This document shows, in pieces, positions 13,446-25,678 of a DNA stretch of 64,000 nucleotides (positions within the stretch are counted from its first letter, which is position 1; each line of letters starts with the position of its first letter). Source of the DNA: Dipteris shenzhenensis (taxonomy: Eukaryota); assembly GCA_047967505.1 (NCBI GenBank), contig CM106538.1, one strand, 5' to 3'. Under the pieces are notes generated by a model. The model saw only the letters and a program-made list of their open reading frames with translations. It was not told where the DNA came from and did no database searches. Position numbers and translations under genes: made by a program.

Positions 13446-13892
13446 CTCGTGGGGGATTCACTCTTCATTAAAGGGGGACGTCACCTGCGTGCATGAACTT
13501 CAAGAAAACCCCCTATTTAAGATCCACATAGGATGATAAAACACCCCTATTTAAGCTTATAAGATACCACCAAAATTCCATTATGTCCCCCCCTTTCCTT
13601 AAATCTACATTGTTTCTCAAGCATTTAGATTACACAATAAGCAAATTTAGGTTACTTTCCCTGTGACTATTTAAAACCATACACAAAATCAAACTTGTTT
13701 GGACTAGTTGCCCAAGGTAACCTATATTATGTCCCCCCTTCTTAAATATGACATGGTCCCCCTAGCTTAAATTCAATATTGGGAAAAAAAAAGGGCCCCC
13801 ACTCCTAATGTATAAGCTTATGGCTCATTTCAAAAAAACCCCCTATTGTACACTCACGTGGTATCATAAGTTTCCCCCTGTGAATGCCCCGG
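13446..13892. mobile_element. ~445-bp MITE-like insertion
   Basis: Imperfect TIRs GGGGGATTCAC / GTGAATGCCCC; flanking duplication of (G)TATCTA(CTC); empty sites at ~20521 and ~40171. Exact ends ambiguous by a few bp. Confidence 0.8.
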
Positions 13893-14937
13893 GTATCTAC
13901 TCACCTTGCAAAACATCTCTATATCGTTGTTCCCCACACTTCGGACAACTAGCTAAATCTCCATGCTCACGACCGTAAGCCACTCTATGCTCTCGAGCAT
14001 TGGCGCATCATCTGACGAGTTTCCACTCGTCCCTTCCATCTACACACTTCCAAAATCACAGCATGAGCTACAAGGAAATCTATTAAGATCCAAAAAATAG
14101 CCACCCATGAGCTCCTTTTCTCTCTTGTGACAATAAGTGCCCTGAAACATCGCTATATAGCGATGGTTTGCCCTGAATTGTTGCTATATAGCAACGCTTT
14201 GCCTTGTTCCGTCGCTGTATAGCGACGCTTTTTGGATAAACGCCGCTATATAGTGACTGACCAGCATTGCTATACAGTGACTGACCAGCGTCGCTATATA
14301 GCGACGCTGAGGGCTTAAACCCAAATCCCCGCACGATGCCGTCTTTCACATGTCTATTGCAAGAAAAAAAAAATTCTCCTCCCACCTTACATTCGACGAC
14401 CTCGCTTTCTGGCTCCTCTCTATTCCCCACTCCTCACCCCTACCCAGCCCCTCTCCCAACACTTGTGCTCCCTTTCCACCCTTCTCCCTGTCTGCTTGTG
14501 TGAATTTTGAAAGAAAGTTTTTTAAGAAGGTGGGTCTCTTTAAACAATGTAGATTCATTTTTTATGAGATTTCATTTTGTGAGTGTTGAAGCATGTTTCT
14601 CCTTTTATTTCTAAGTCTATGTGCTAATTTTCATGGTTGATTTTTAAAGCTTAAGGACAAAAAAAGAGATTTGGTGAAAGAAAGAAGACTCACCTCTTCT
14701 CTTTTTGGTATTTCTCTTCCTCCTCTTTCTCCTTGTTTGTAGGGTGATGCTTTCTCCTTGTTTGTAGGCGTCTCCAAACTCATCCAATCCCTTTGAAAAG
14801 TTGCTCCTCCTTCCTCTAACTAGTTATCTGAAAAAATGGTATGTTTTCTCTTTTTTGTAGGCCCGCCAGGACACGAAACACGGTTCGAGACTTTTCTCTT
14901 ATGCATATCCTTTCCCTCATATGCATTGTGAGCAGGT

Positions 14938-15183
14938 CTCAGGGGGGTCACTGTATAGAAACCCTCTATACCAAGTGCGTTCAAGGCCTATTTCTAAAAT
15001 CCCTTATCGTTAAATTTTTCATTAAAAAAATGTACCCCTTTTCTATACAAATCTGTAAATTTTTTCCAAAACTATTTTAAATAGTCCCTTATGTATATTT
15101 ATTTCTATAAATTTTAGGAATAATAAATATCCTTCTGTTGAACTCACGTGATAGGGTTAAATATGATGAGTGACCCCCCCGAG
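14938..15183. mobile_element. 246-bp MITE, 8-bp TSD GAGCAGGT
   Basis: TIRs CTCAGGGGGGTCAC ... GTGACCCCCCCGAG; empty site at ~23189-23196. Confidence 0.93.
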
Positions 15184-16239
15184 GAGCAGGTGCATACTAA
15201 TGAATTTCTCCATTTGCTCTTCGCTCATCTTTCTTTCAATCCCTTTTTCTTGAGGGACCTCGCCAATGGTGCGATCATCATCCTTGTTGTGCTAAGCTTG
15301 TGGCATATCAGGATCCGTGGATGCAAGAAACTCTGTGATATATACTAATGACTCTTGCACAAGCCATCCCTCTACCATGCTTGCTTCCGGTCTTACTCTT
15401 TGTCTTACAAACCCCTTTAAAGTTTTCATAAACCGCTCGAGAAAAAACATCCATCGATTATGAACGGTACCTGCTATAGCCACCTCATCAACTATGTGCA
15501 CAAGCAAGTGGACTTGAGTTGTCATAATGCTTGAGGGAAAGTGCTTCTCAAGCAAGCATATGGCTTCGATGGATTCCACCCTAGCCTTCTCGATGCTCGA
15601 TATAGAGATCTCTTTTTGAGATATCCACCTATTTCACATGTCCATGCATATGTAAGATATTTGAGATATCCACCTATTTCACATGTCCATTAAGAAAATA
15701 CATAATGCGATTTGATAGTAAGCATACCTCACAATACTACAGATCTTGAATATAGCATTTCTAACATCTTCTTGTAAGCACCCTTTTATTGTAATTGGAA
15801 GGATGAACTATCAAAGCAACAATGAAATCATGTCAACAATATAACATAATAATAATTATGCTAACGCATCACTATTATCGGTACACTAATTCTACTTAGA
15901 ATACTTGTAAGACCTTGTGCCAATTACACTAATTCTCTTTTTGGTATTTCTCTTCCTCCTCTTTCTCCTTGTTTATAGATTATTCTTTCTCCTTGTTTGG
16001 AGGCTTCTCTAAACTCATCCAATCCCTTTGAAAAGTTGCTTCTCCAAACTCCTCCTTCCTCTAACTAGTTATCTGAAAAAATGGTATGTTTTCTCTTTTT
16101 TGTAGGGCTAGGCCACGAAACACGGTTCGAGGCTTTTCTAGGTAAGAAAGTGCTTCCTATTTTTCCCTTTGTTATTTTCGTTATTTGCATTGGCCTACAG
16201 CTAACGCCTTAAGCGTTAGCTGGAGTGATGGGCATAGGC

Positions 16240-17350
16240 ACCCTCTCTTTCCCTCTCTTTCCCTCTCTTCTCTTATTCCCTCTCTCTTTTTCTCTTACGC
16301 ATATGTTTTTCCTTCTCTTATGCTTATGCTCTTTTCCCCTCTTCTTTTTCCCTTCTTTCAATCGCTTTTCCCCTCTTCCTTCTCTTATTTTCCACTCTTT
16401 TTTCCTCTCTTTTTCTCCTCTTTTTATAAGCTCATAAGCACAATCTTATGCTTTCTCTCTTTTTCTCTTATGCTTATATGCTCATGCATAAGCATAAGCA
16501 TATGCTGTCTTTCTTTTTCTCTTATGCTTATGCTCTTTTTCCCTCTTCCTTCTCTTATGCTTATGCTCTTTTCCTCTCTTCTTTTCCCCCTCTTCCTTCT
16601 CTTCTTTTTTCCTCTTCTTTTTCTCCTCTTTCAATCTCTTTTCCCCTCTTCCTTCTCTTATGCCTATGCTCTTTTCCCCTCTTTCAATCTCTTTTCCCCT
16701 CTTTCGATCTCTTTTCCCCTCTTCCTAAAGTCTCTTATGCTTATGCTCTTTTCCTCTCTTCTTTTTCCCCTCTTTCGATCTCTTTTCCTCTCTTCCTTCT
16801 CTTATGCTTATGCTCTTTTCCTCTCTTCTTTTTCCCCTTTTTCGATCTCTTTTCCCCTTCTCCTTCTCTTTTTTTTCCCCCTTCTTTTTCCCCTCTTTCA
16901 ATCTCTTTTTCCCTCTTCCTTATGCTTATGCTTATGCATGAGCATATGTCTCCTCCTTCTTCTCTTCTTTTCCTTCTCTAATGCTTATGCTTATGCATGG
17001 GCATATGTCTTCTTCTTCTTCTCCTTCTCCTTCTCCTTCTCCTTTCCTTCTCTTCTTTTTCCCTCTCTTTCTCTCTTCTTTTCATAAGTATATGCCTATG
17101 CCTATGCCTATGCTTATGCTTATGCTTATGCATGAGCATATGCTCATATGCTTATGTATAAGCATAAGCACATGCTTTCTCTCTTTTTTCTCTTATGCAT
17201 ATTTGGTTCTTTTTCCCTCTTTCAATCTCTTTTCTCCTTTTCTTTCTCTTCTTTTCCCCTCTCCTTCTCTTATGCTTGTCCTTCTCTTTTGCTTCTCTTA
17301 TGCTTCTCCATCTCTTATGCATATGCTTTCCCTCATATGCTTTTCGCTTC
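16240..17350. repeat. CT-rich / GCTTAT low-complexity tract inside the old CACTA (probable 5' intron of the TnpA-like gene)
   Basis: Preceded by AG|GTAAG at ~16141 and followed by the MGSRRTFNEYKNP start at ~17422. Homologous tracts at 24250-25340 and, inverted, 53080-54150. Confidence 0.85.
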
Positions 17351-19898
17351 TTACCTGCTCTTGTTTTCTGTATTTTGTTTTCGTATTTGTGTCTACATTT
17401 GTCCAATCCCCCCAAATTGGATATGGGATCACGTCGCACGTTCAACGAGTACAAAAACCCTCATAGGAGGAGACATCATGATCTCTATTCTCCATAGGAC
17501 TTTGATTCCACTCAGGCGACACCTCAAGGGCCTACCCTTGCGACTACCCCTAGCTCGACTCCTCTCGGACATAGCACTGTAACTACCCCTTGATGGTCAT
17601 AGGGGAGTGGTTCCTACTAGCCCTCATGACTTCATTCATTCCATATTGTGTACATGAGATGGCAATGCTTTATTCCACTCCCTTGATGCATACCACGAAT
17701 GAGCGCACACTGCAACCAGAGTGATATGCATAAGGGCTCATATATTCATGTCTAAGTTTGAGATGAAAAAAATCAATGAAGAGCATTGACATCAATAGCT
17801 TCATCCTAAGCCAAGTTTAATGCACCAAACAAGTCTATCTCTAACTCTATACCGAGTTGATCTCCTATCATCATTGTACTCTAGCATCGTACATTCACCT
17901 AAGACTTGATCATCTTCTTCAATAAAGTGTGGTGATTCTTAATGATCGTCATCTTCTTCCTCAATATCGTGATCTCCATCTTCCTCTCGTACGATGTCAT
18001 TATGTGTATCTTTTTCTTGGCTCATATTGTGATCTTTATCTTCTTTGCTAGATCCATCCGGATCAATTGGATCCAAAATTGGTAGTGGCATCTCCATATG
18101 CACGTCTCTATCTTCAAAAATTTGCTTACTTCATGGTGCAACTTGGATCACGTACCACCATCTTGGATCAAAATGATCCGGATGAAAAATCACCTATATT
18201 AAAGATGGGTGCCAAATGCCATCAATTATATATATGAAATTATGCTTAAGTACATGTATCAATGGATCTTAAAAAATGAAAGCGATGATTAATTAAATCA
18301 TTAGTATGCACCTCCTCACAATGCTCGGGAAGAACAAAAGCATCATTTTCATTGGTCCAAAGTTTGGTGGAGTCTATTGCAAAGAAACCACTACTGTCTT
18401 TTCTCACTATCGCATGGAGACCATTGTAAATAGTTCTAGACCATTTTACATTAAGAATGAAAATACTAAATTAGCTGAAATCAATTTCATAGATTTTGTG
18501 TGTGGTTCCACAATAATCCAACTGTGAGGAGAGAAGATTGGTATCCAAAGCACTTGCTCGGCTATCTTGTGTGAAGTTAGCCATGACTTCACAATCATAC
18601 ATGACTCTCTTTGAATCGATGCATTTCACGTGAAAATGGCATCCATATGACCATAATGCACTATACTTTTTGTACTGCAAAAGAGCATCATTAAAACAAT
18701 GAAGATGCATCTATTTTATAGCGTATATTGTCACAAATAATTACTTTATTATGTCAAGAGGTAAGAAACTTACATGCATCATACATCCAGATGATAACTC
18801 TCGCTCGCACTTGTTTATTGTCTCTCCATCGCGTTCGGCTTTACGTAGAGCCAGTTGTAGCCAATGAAGTGACATGTGAGTGGGGAGATAGGCGAGATCC
18901 CATGGATATGGTTGCGATCGCCTGTACATTACTCTGAATCTCATCCTTGCATTTATTCTTTCTACTTTAGCTGCTTCATATCTCTCAATCCACTTCTGCA
19001 TCTCCTTGCTATTGAGGATACAAAGCTTATTGAATTTCTCCATTTGCTCTTCGCTCATCTTTCTTTCAATCCCTTTTCCTTGGTGAACCTCACCAACGAT
19101 GTGATCATCATACTTGTTATGCCAAGCTTGCGGCATATTGGGATCTGTGGATGCAAGAAACTCAGTGATATATACTAATGAGTCTTGCACAAGCCATCCC
19201 TCTACCATGCTTGCTTCCGGTCTTACTCTTTGTCTTACAAATCCCTTCAAAGTTTTCATAAACCGCTCGAGAAAATATATCGACTGACTATGAACGGTAC
19301 CTGCAATGGCCACCTCATCAACTATGTGCACAAGCAAGTGCACTTGAGTTGTCTTAATGCTCGAGGGAAAGTGCTTCTTAAGCAAGCGTACGGCTTCGAT
19401 GGATTCCATCATAGCCTTCTCGATGCTCGATATAGAGATCTGTTTTTGAGATATCCACCTATTTCACATGCCCATGTAAGATATATTCATAATCAGTCTA
19501 GAGATTATTCAACTTAAATTGAAGAAAATGCAATCAATGCGATTTGATAGTAAGCACACCTCACAATACCACTGATTTTGAATATAGCATTTCTACCATC
19601 TTCTTGTAATAAGTACCCTTTTATTGTAATTGGAAGAATGAACTATCAAAGCAACAAAGAAGTCATGTCAATAATATAACATGATCATAATTACACTAAT
19701 GCATCACGATTATCAGTACACTAATCCTACATTAGAATACCTGTAAGACCTTGTGCCAATCATGGGAATCCTCAATGCGCCATCAGTGGACCGATGAGAT
19801 GCATGCCAAGTCATCAACTCCGCTATGGATTTGCATCGAAACATGTGTTGTATTCTTGCAATGATGGGAAAGTGTCTCAAGACCTTTACCAGTATCTA

Positions 19899-20310
19899 CT
19901 CGTGGGGGATTCACTCTTCATTAAAGGGGGACGTCACCTGCGTGCATGAACTTCAAGAAAACCCCCTATTTAAGATCCACATAGGATGATAAAACACCCC
20001 TATTTAAGCTTATAAGATACCACCAAAATTCCATTATGTCCCCCCCTTTCCTTAAATCTACATTGTTTCTCAAGCATTTAGATTACACAATAAGCAAATT
20101 TAGGTTACTTTCCCTGTGACTATTTAAAACCATACACAAAATCAAACTTGTTTGGACTAGTTGCCCAAGGTAACCTATATTATGTCCCCCCTTCTTAAAT
20201 ATGACATGGTCCCCCTAGCTTAAATTCAATATTGGGAAAAAAAAAGGGCCCCCACTCCTAATGTATAAGCTTATGGCTCATTTCAAAAAAACCCCCTATT
20301 GTACACTCAC
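19899..20310. mobile_element. Truncated copy of the ~445-bp MITE
   Basis: Matches 13446-13858, then jumps back into CACTA sequence at 20311. Confidence 0.85.
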
Positions 20311-21610
20311 ATAATCATAATTACACTAATGCATCACGATTATCAGTACACTAATCCTACATTAGAATACCTGTAAGACCTTGTGCCAATCATGGGAATC
20401 CTCAATGTGCCATCAGTGGACCGATGAGATGCATGCCAAGTCATCAACTCCGCTATGGATTTGCATCGGAACATGTGTTGTATTCTTGCAATGATGGGAA
20501 AGTGTCTCAAGACCTTTACCGGTATCTACTCACCTTGCAAGTCATCTCTATATCGTTGTTCCCCACACTTCGGACAACTAGCTAAATCTCCATGCTCACG
20601 ACGATGAAAGAGAATACAGTCATTATGGCAAGCATGGATGGTATCATAATCCATACCCACAGTTGTTAGCATCTTCTTTGCTTCATCTCTTGATGTGGGC
20701 ATGGTATTTGGTGTAGGCAACATCTTCTGGAGTAACCTATCACAGTTCAAACATACATAGGCTTGGAATAATGATGATTCTCAAACATACATGATGATTC
20801 TCACCTCTCTTTTTCGTTTTCCCCTTTTCTTTCTCTTTTTCCCTTTTCTTTCTCTTTTTCCCTCTTTCAAAGCAACAAAGAAGTCATGTCACTAATCCTA
20901 CAGCTTAGAATACCTGTAAGACATTGAGCAAGCTTAGAATCCTACAGCCTAACATTGAGCAAACATTTATAGACTCCTGCATTCTTTAAATTAGAGTGAT
21001 AGAAGTCTGTATCTATTTGCTCAATGGTAGGCTATTAAAGCTTCACATGGGAAAAAAGAGAGGAGAAAAGAGAGAAAAAGAGAGGAGAAAAAAGAGAGAA
21101 AAAGAGAGGAGAAAGAGGAGAAAAGAGAGGAGAAAAAAGACAGAAAAAGAGAGGAGATAAGAGAGAAAAAGAGAGAAAGTGAAAAGAGAAAAATTGGGGA
21201 TAAAAGAGAGAAAAAAAGAGAAGGAAAGAGAGGGGAAAAGACAGGAAAAGAGAGGAGAAAAAAGAGAGAAAAAGAGAGGAGATAAGGAGAAAAAGAGAGG
21301 AGAAAAGAGACGAAAACTAGAGAGGATAAAAGAGAGAATGACAAAAGAAAGTCACAATTTAAACATACATAGGCTTCAAATAATGATGATTCTCAAACAT
21401 ACATGATGATTCTCAAAACATACAATATCTAAATAATGAGTCAAATTAATGCACGATCTAACCTCATTAAGGCCGAGACACTTGTATCTGACCACCGATA
21501 TTTTGCTTGCAGATTCAAGATTCAGAGACAAGCCTATAGTTTAGACATCCTAGCACCCTCGTTCAACTATGTTGATTGCAACTCTCGCATATTGACCTCA
21601 GACTCTGACA

Positions 21611-21857
21611 CTCAGGGGGGTCACTATGTATAAACCCTCTATATCACGTGCGTTCAAGGCCTATATTTAAAATCCCTTATCTGTAAATTTTTTCATTAAT
21701 AAAATGTACCCCTTTTCTATACAAATCTGTAAATTTTTTCCAAAACTATTTTAAGTAGTCCCTTATGTATATTTATTTCTGTAAATTGTAGAAATAAAAA
21801 ATATCCTTCTGTTGAACTCATGTGATAGGGTTACATATGATGAGTGACCCCCCCGAG
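21611..21857. mobile_element. 247-bp MITE, 8-bp TSD CTCTGACA
   Basis: Same family as 14938-15183; empty site at 41253-41260. Confidence 0.95.
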
Positions 21858-24800
21858 CTCTGACATCACGTGTACATGTGATGTAGTGTCCCTAAAAATA
21901 GAATCCATCATGTCCCCATATCCTTGTCATCATTTGGCACATCCGGGAGACTATAGTCTTGCTCAAAGTGTGAAGGTATATGGGCACCCTTTCCACCCTC
22001 CTCATCCTGTCTCAAGATTTTGTATAAATATAAGATCTTGTCCCAAGGTTTCGTGTCATAATGGTATCCAATATTAATCACAAACTCAAATAGCATTGAC
22101 TTACCGATGATCCATCACCACGTGCAACACCAACAATGGGTACTAGTTCGGACTCCTCCCTATACATCCGCAAGCGGCACATGACAATATGATGTTGATG
22201 TCGTACTTCTCGCTTGCAATGAGTGCAATGACAATACAACCTCTCCGTAAGCCACTCTAGGCTCTCGAGCATTGGCGCATCATCTGACAAGTTTCCACTC
22301 GTCCCTTTCATCTGCACACTTCCAAAATCACAACATGAGCTACAAGGAAATCTATTAAGATCCAAAAAATAGCCACCCACGAGCTCCTTTTCTCTCTTGT
22401 GACAATAAGTGCCCTGAACCGTCGCTATATAGCGATGGTTTGCCCTGAACTGTTGCTATAAGGCAACGCTTTGCCTTGTTCCGTCGCTGTATAGTGACGC
22501 TTTTTGGATAAACGCCGCTATATAGTGACTGACCAGCATTGCTATACAGTGACTGACCAGCGACGCTGAGGGCTTAAACCCAAACCCCCGCACGATGCCA
22601 TCTTTCACATGTCTATTGCAAGAAAAAAAAAATTCTCCTCCCACCTTATATTCGACGACCTCGCTTTCTGGCTCCTCTCTATTCCCCACTCCTCACCCCT
22701 ACCCAGCCCCTCTCCCAACACTTGTGCTCCTTTTCCACCCTTCTCCCTGTCTGCTTGTGTGAATTTTGAAAGAAAGTTTTTTAAGAAGGTGGGTCTCTTT
22801 AAACAATGTAGATTCATTTTTTATGAGATTTCATTTTGTGAGTGTTGAAGCATGTTTCTCCTTTTATTTCTAAGTCTATGTGCTAATTTTCATGGTTGAT
22901 TTTCAAAGCTTAAGGACAAAAAAAGAGATTTGGTGAAAGAAAGAAGACTCACCTCTTCTCTTTTTGGTATTTCTCTTCCTCCTCTTTCTCCTTGTTTGTA
23001 GGGTGATGCTTTCTCCTTGTTTGTAGGCATCTCCAAACTCATCCAATCCCTTTGAAAAGTTGCTCCTCCTTCCTCTAACTAGTTATCTGAAAAAATGGTA
23101 TGTTTTCTCTTTTTTGTAGGCCCGCCAGGACACGAAACACGGTTCGAGACTTTTCTCTTATGCATATGCTTTCCCTCATATGCATTGTGAGCAGGTGCAT
23201 ACTAATGAATTTCTCCATTTGCTCTTTGCTCATCTTTCTTTCAATCCCTTTTCCTTGAGGGACCTCGCGAATGGTGCGATCATCATCCTTGTTGTGCCAA
23301 GCTTGCGGCATATCAGGATCCGTGGATGCAAGAAACTCTGTGATATATACTAATGACTCTTGCACAAACCATCCCTCTACCATGCTTGCTTCCGGTCTTG
23401 CTCTTTGTCTTACAAACCCTTTTAAAGTTTTCATAAACCGCTCGAGAAAAAACATCCATCGATTATGAACGGTACCTGCTATAGCCACCTCATCAACTAT
23501 GTGCACAAGCAAGTGGACTTGAGTTGTCATAATGCTTGAGGGAAAGTGCTTCTCAAGCAAGCATATGGCTTCGATGGATTGCACCCTAGCCTTCTCGATG
23601 CTCGATATAGAGATCTCTTTTTGAGATATCCACCTATTTCACATGTCCATGCATATGTAAGATATTTGAGATATCCACCTATTTCACATGTCCATTAAGA
23701 AAATACATAATGCGATTTGATAGTAAGCATACCTCACAATACTACAGATCTTGAATATAGCATTTCTAACATCTTCTTGTAAGCACCCTTTTATTGTAAT
23801 TGGAAGGATGAACTATCAAAGCAACAATGAAATCATGTCAACAATATAACATAATAATAATTACGCTAACACATCACTATTATCGGTACACTAATTCTAC
23901 TTAGAATACCTGTAAGACCTTGTGCCAATTACACTAATTCTCTTTTTGGTATTTCTCTTCCTCCTCTTTCTCCTTGTTTATAGACTTATGCTTTCTCCTT
24001 GTTTGTAGGCTTCTCTAAACTCATCCAATCCCTTTGAAAAGTTGCTTCTCCAAACTCCTCCTTCCTCTAACTAGTTATCTGAAAAAATGGTATGTTTTCT
24101 CTTTTTTGTAGGGCTAGGCCACAAAACACGGTTCGAGGCTTTTCTAGGTAAGAAAGTGCTTCCTATTTTTCCCTTTTGTTATTTTCGTTATTTGCATTGG
24201 CCTACAGCTAACGCCTTAAGCGTTAGCTGGAGTGATCGGCATAGGCACCCTCTCTTTCCCTCTCTTCTCTTATTCCCTCTCTCTTTTTCTCTTATGCATA
24301 TGTTTTTCCTTCTCTTATGCTTATGCTCTTTTCCCCTTTTCTTTTTCCCTTCTTTCAATCGCTTTTCCCCTCTTCCTTCTCTTATTTTCCACTCTTTTTT
24401 CCTCTCTTTTTCTCCTCTTTTTTTAAGCTCATAAGCACAATCTTATGCTTTCTCTCTTTTTCTCTTATGCTTATATGCTCATGCATAAGCATAAGCATAT
24501 GTTGTCTTTCTTTTTCTCTTATGCTTATGCTCTTTTTCCCTCTTCCTTCTCTTATGCTTATGCTCTTTTCCTCTCTTCTTTTCCCCCTCTTCCTTCTCTT
24601 CTTTTTTCCTCTTCTTTTTCCCCTCTTTCAATCTCTTTTCCCCTCTTCCTTCTCTTATGCCTATGCTCTTTTCCCCTCTTTCAATCTCTTTTCCCCTCTT
24701 TCGATCTCTTTTCCCCTCTTCCTAAAGTCTCTTATGCTTATGCTCTTTTCCTCTCTTCTTTTTCCCCTCTTTCGATGTCTTTTCCTCTCTTCCTTCTCTC

Positions 24801-25678
24801 ATGCTTATGCTCTTTTCCTCTCTTCTTTTTCCCCTTTTTCGATCTCTTTTCCCCTTCTCCTTCTCTTTTTTTTCCCCCTTCTTTTTCCCCTCTTTCAATC
24901 TCTTTTTCCCTCTTCCTTATGCTTATGCTTATGCATGAGCATATGTCTCCTCCTTCTTCTCTTCTTTTCCTTCTCTAATGCTTATGCTTATGCATGGGCA
25001 TATGTCTTCTTCTTCTTCTCCTTCTCCTTCTCCTTTCCTTCTCTTCTTTTTCCCTCTCTTTCTCTCTTCTTTTCATAAGTATATGCCTATGCCTATGCCT
25101 ATGCTTATGCTTATGCTTATGCATGAGCATATGCTCATATGCTTATGTATAAGCATAAGCACATGCTTTCTCTCTTTTTTCTCTTATGCATATGTGGTTC
25201 TTTTTCCCTCTTTCAATCTCTTTTTTCCTTTTCTTTCTCTTCTTTTCCCCTCTCCTTCTCTTATGCTTGTCCTTCTCTTTTGCTTCTCTTATGCTTCTCC
25301 ATCTCTTATGCATATGCTTTCCCTCATATGCTTTTCGCTTCTTACTTGCTCTTGTTTTCTGTATTTTGTTTTCGTATTTGTGTCTACGTTTGTCCAATCC
25401 CCCCAAATTGGATATGGGATCACGTCGCACGTTCAACGAGTACAAAAACCCTCATAGGAGGAGACATCATGATCTCTATTCTCCATAGGACTTTGATTCC
25501 ACTCAGGCGACACCTCAAGGGCCTACCCTTGTGACTACCCCTAGCTCGACTCCTCTCGGACATAGCACTGTAACTACCCCTTGATGATCATAGGGGAGTG
25601 GTTCCTACTAGCCCTCATGACTTCATTCATTCCATATTGTGTACATGAGATGGCAATGCTTTATTCCACTCCCTTGAT

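Larger units (their letters stand above)
11397..17735 (-). mobile_element. Old CACTA (En/Spm) element, deleted copy 1a (TnpD-like fragments on minus strand)
   Basis: Degenerate terminus TACTAATACAC (cf. CACTACTACAC); GTCGCTATATAGCGAC-like subterminal repeats; DUF4218-type ORF 12288-12959 (QVHLLVH...ERFMKTLKGFVRQR..PEASM.EGW); several deletions. Confidence 0.88.
17736..25678 (-). mobile_element. Old CACTA element, tandem copy 1b (re-duplication of ~11770-17690, fewer deletions)
   Basis: Near-identical to 1a and to 37637-41595. ORFs 18741-19412, 18471-18710 and 20526-20750 (IHACHNDCILF..CPKCGEQRY). Carries the empty ATG site at 22198-22200. Confidence 0.88.

Noticed and set aside
16185-17582. 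Long F/L/S/P-rich ORFs (also 24087-25534, 52890-54250, 60725-63866)
   Set aside because: By-products of stop-poor low-complexity repeats, open in several frames.
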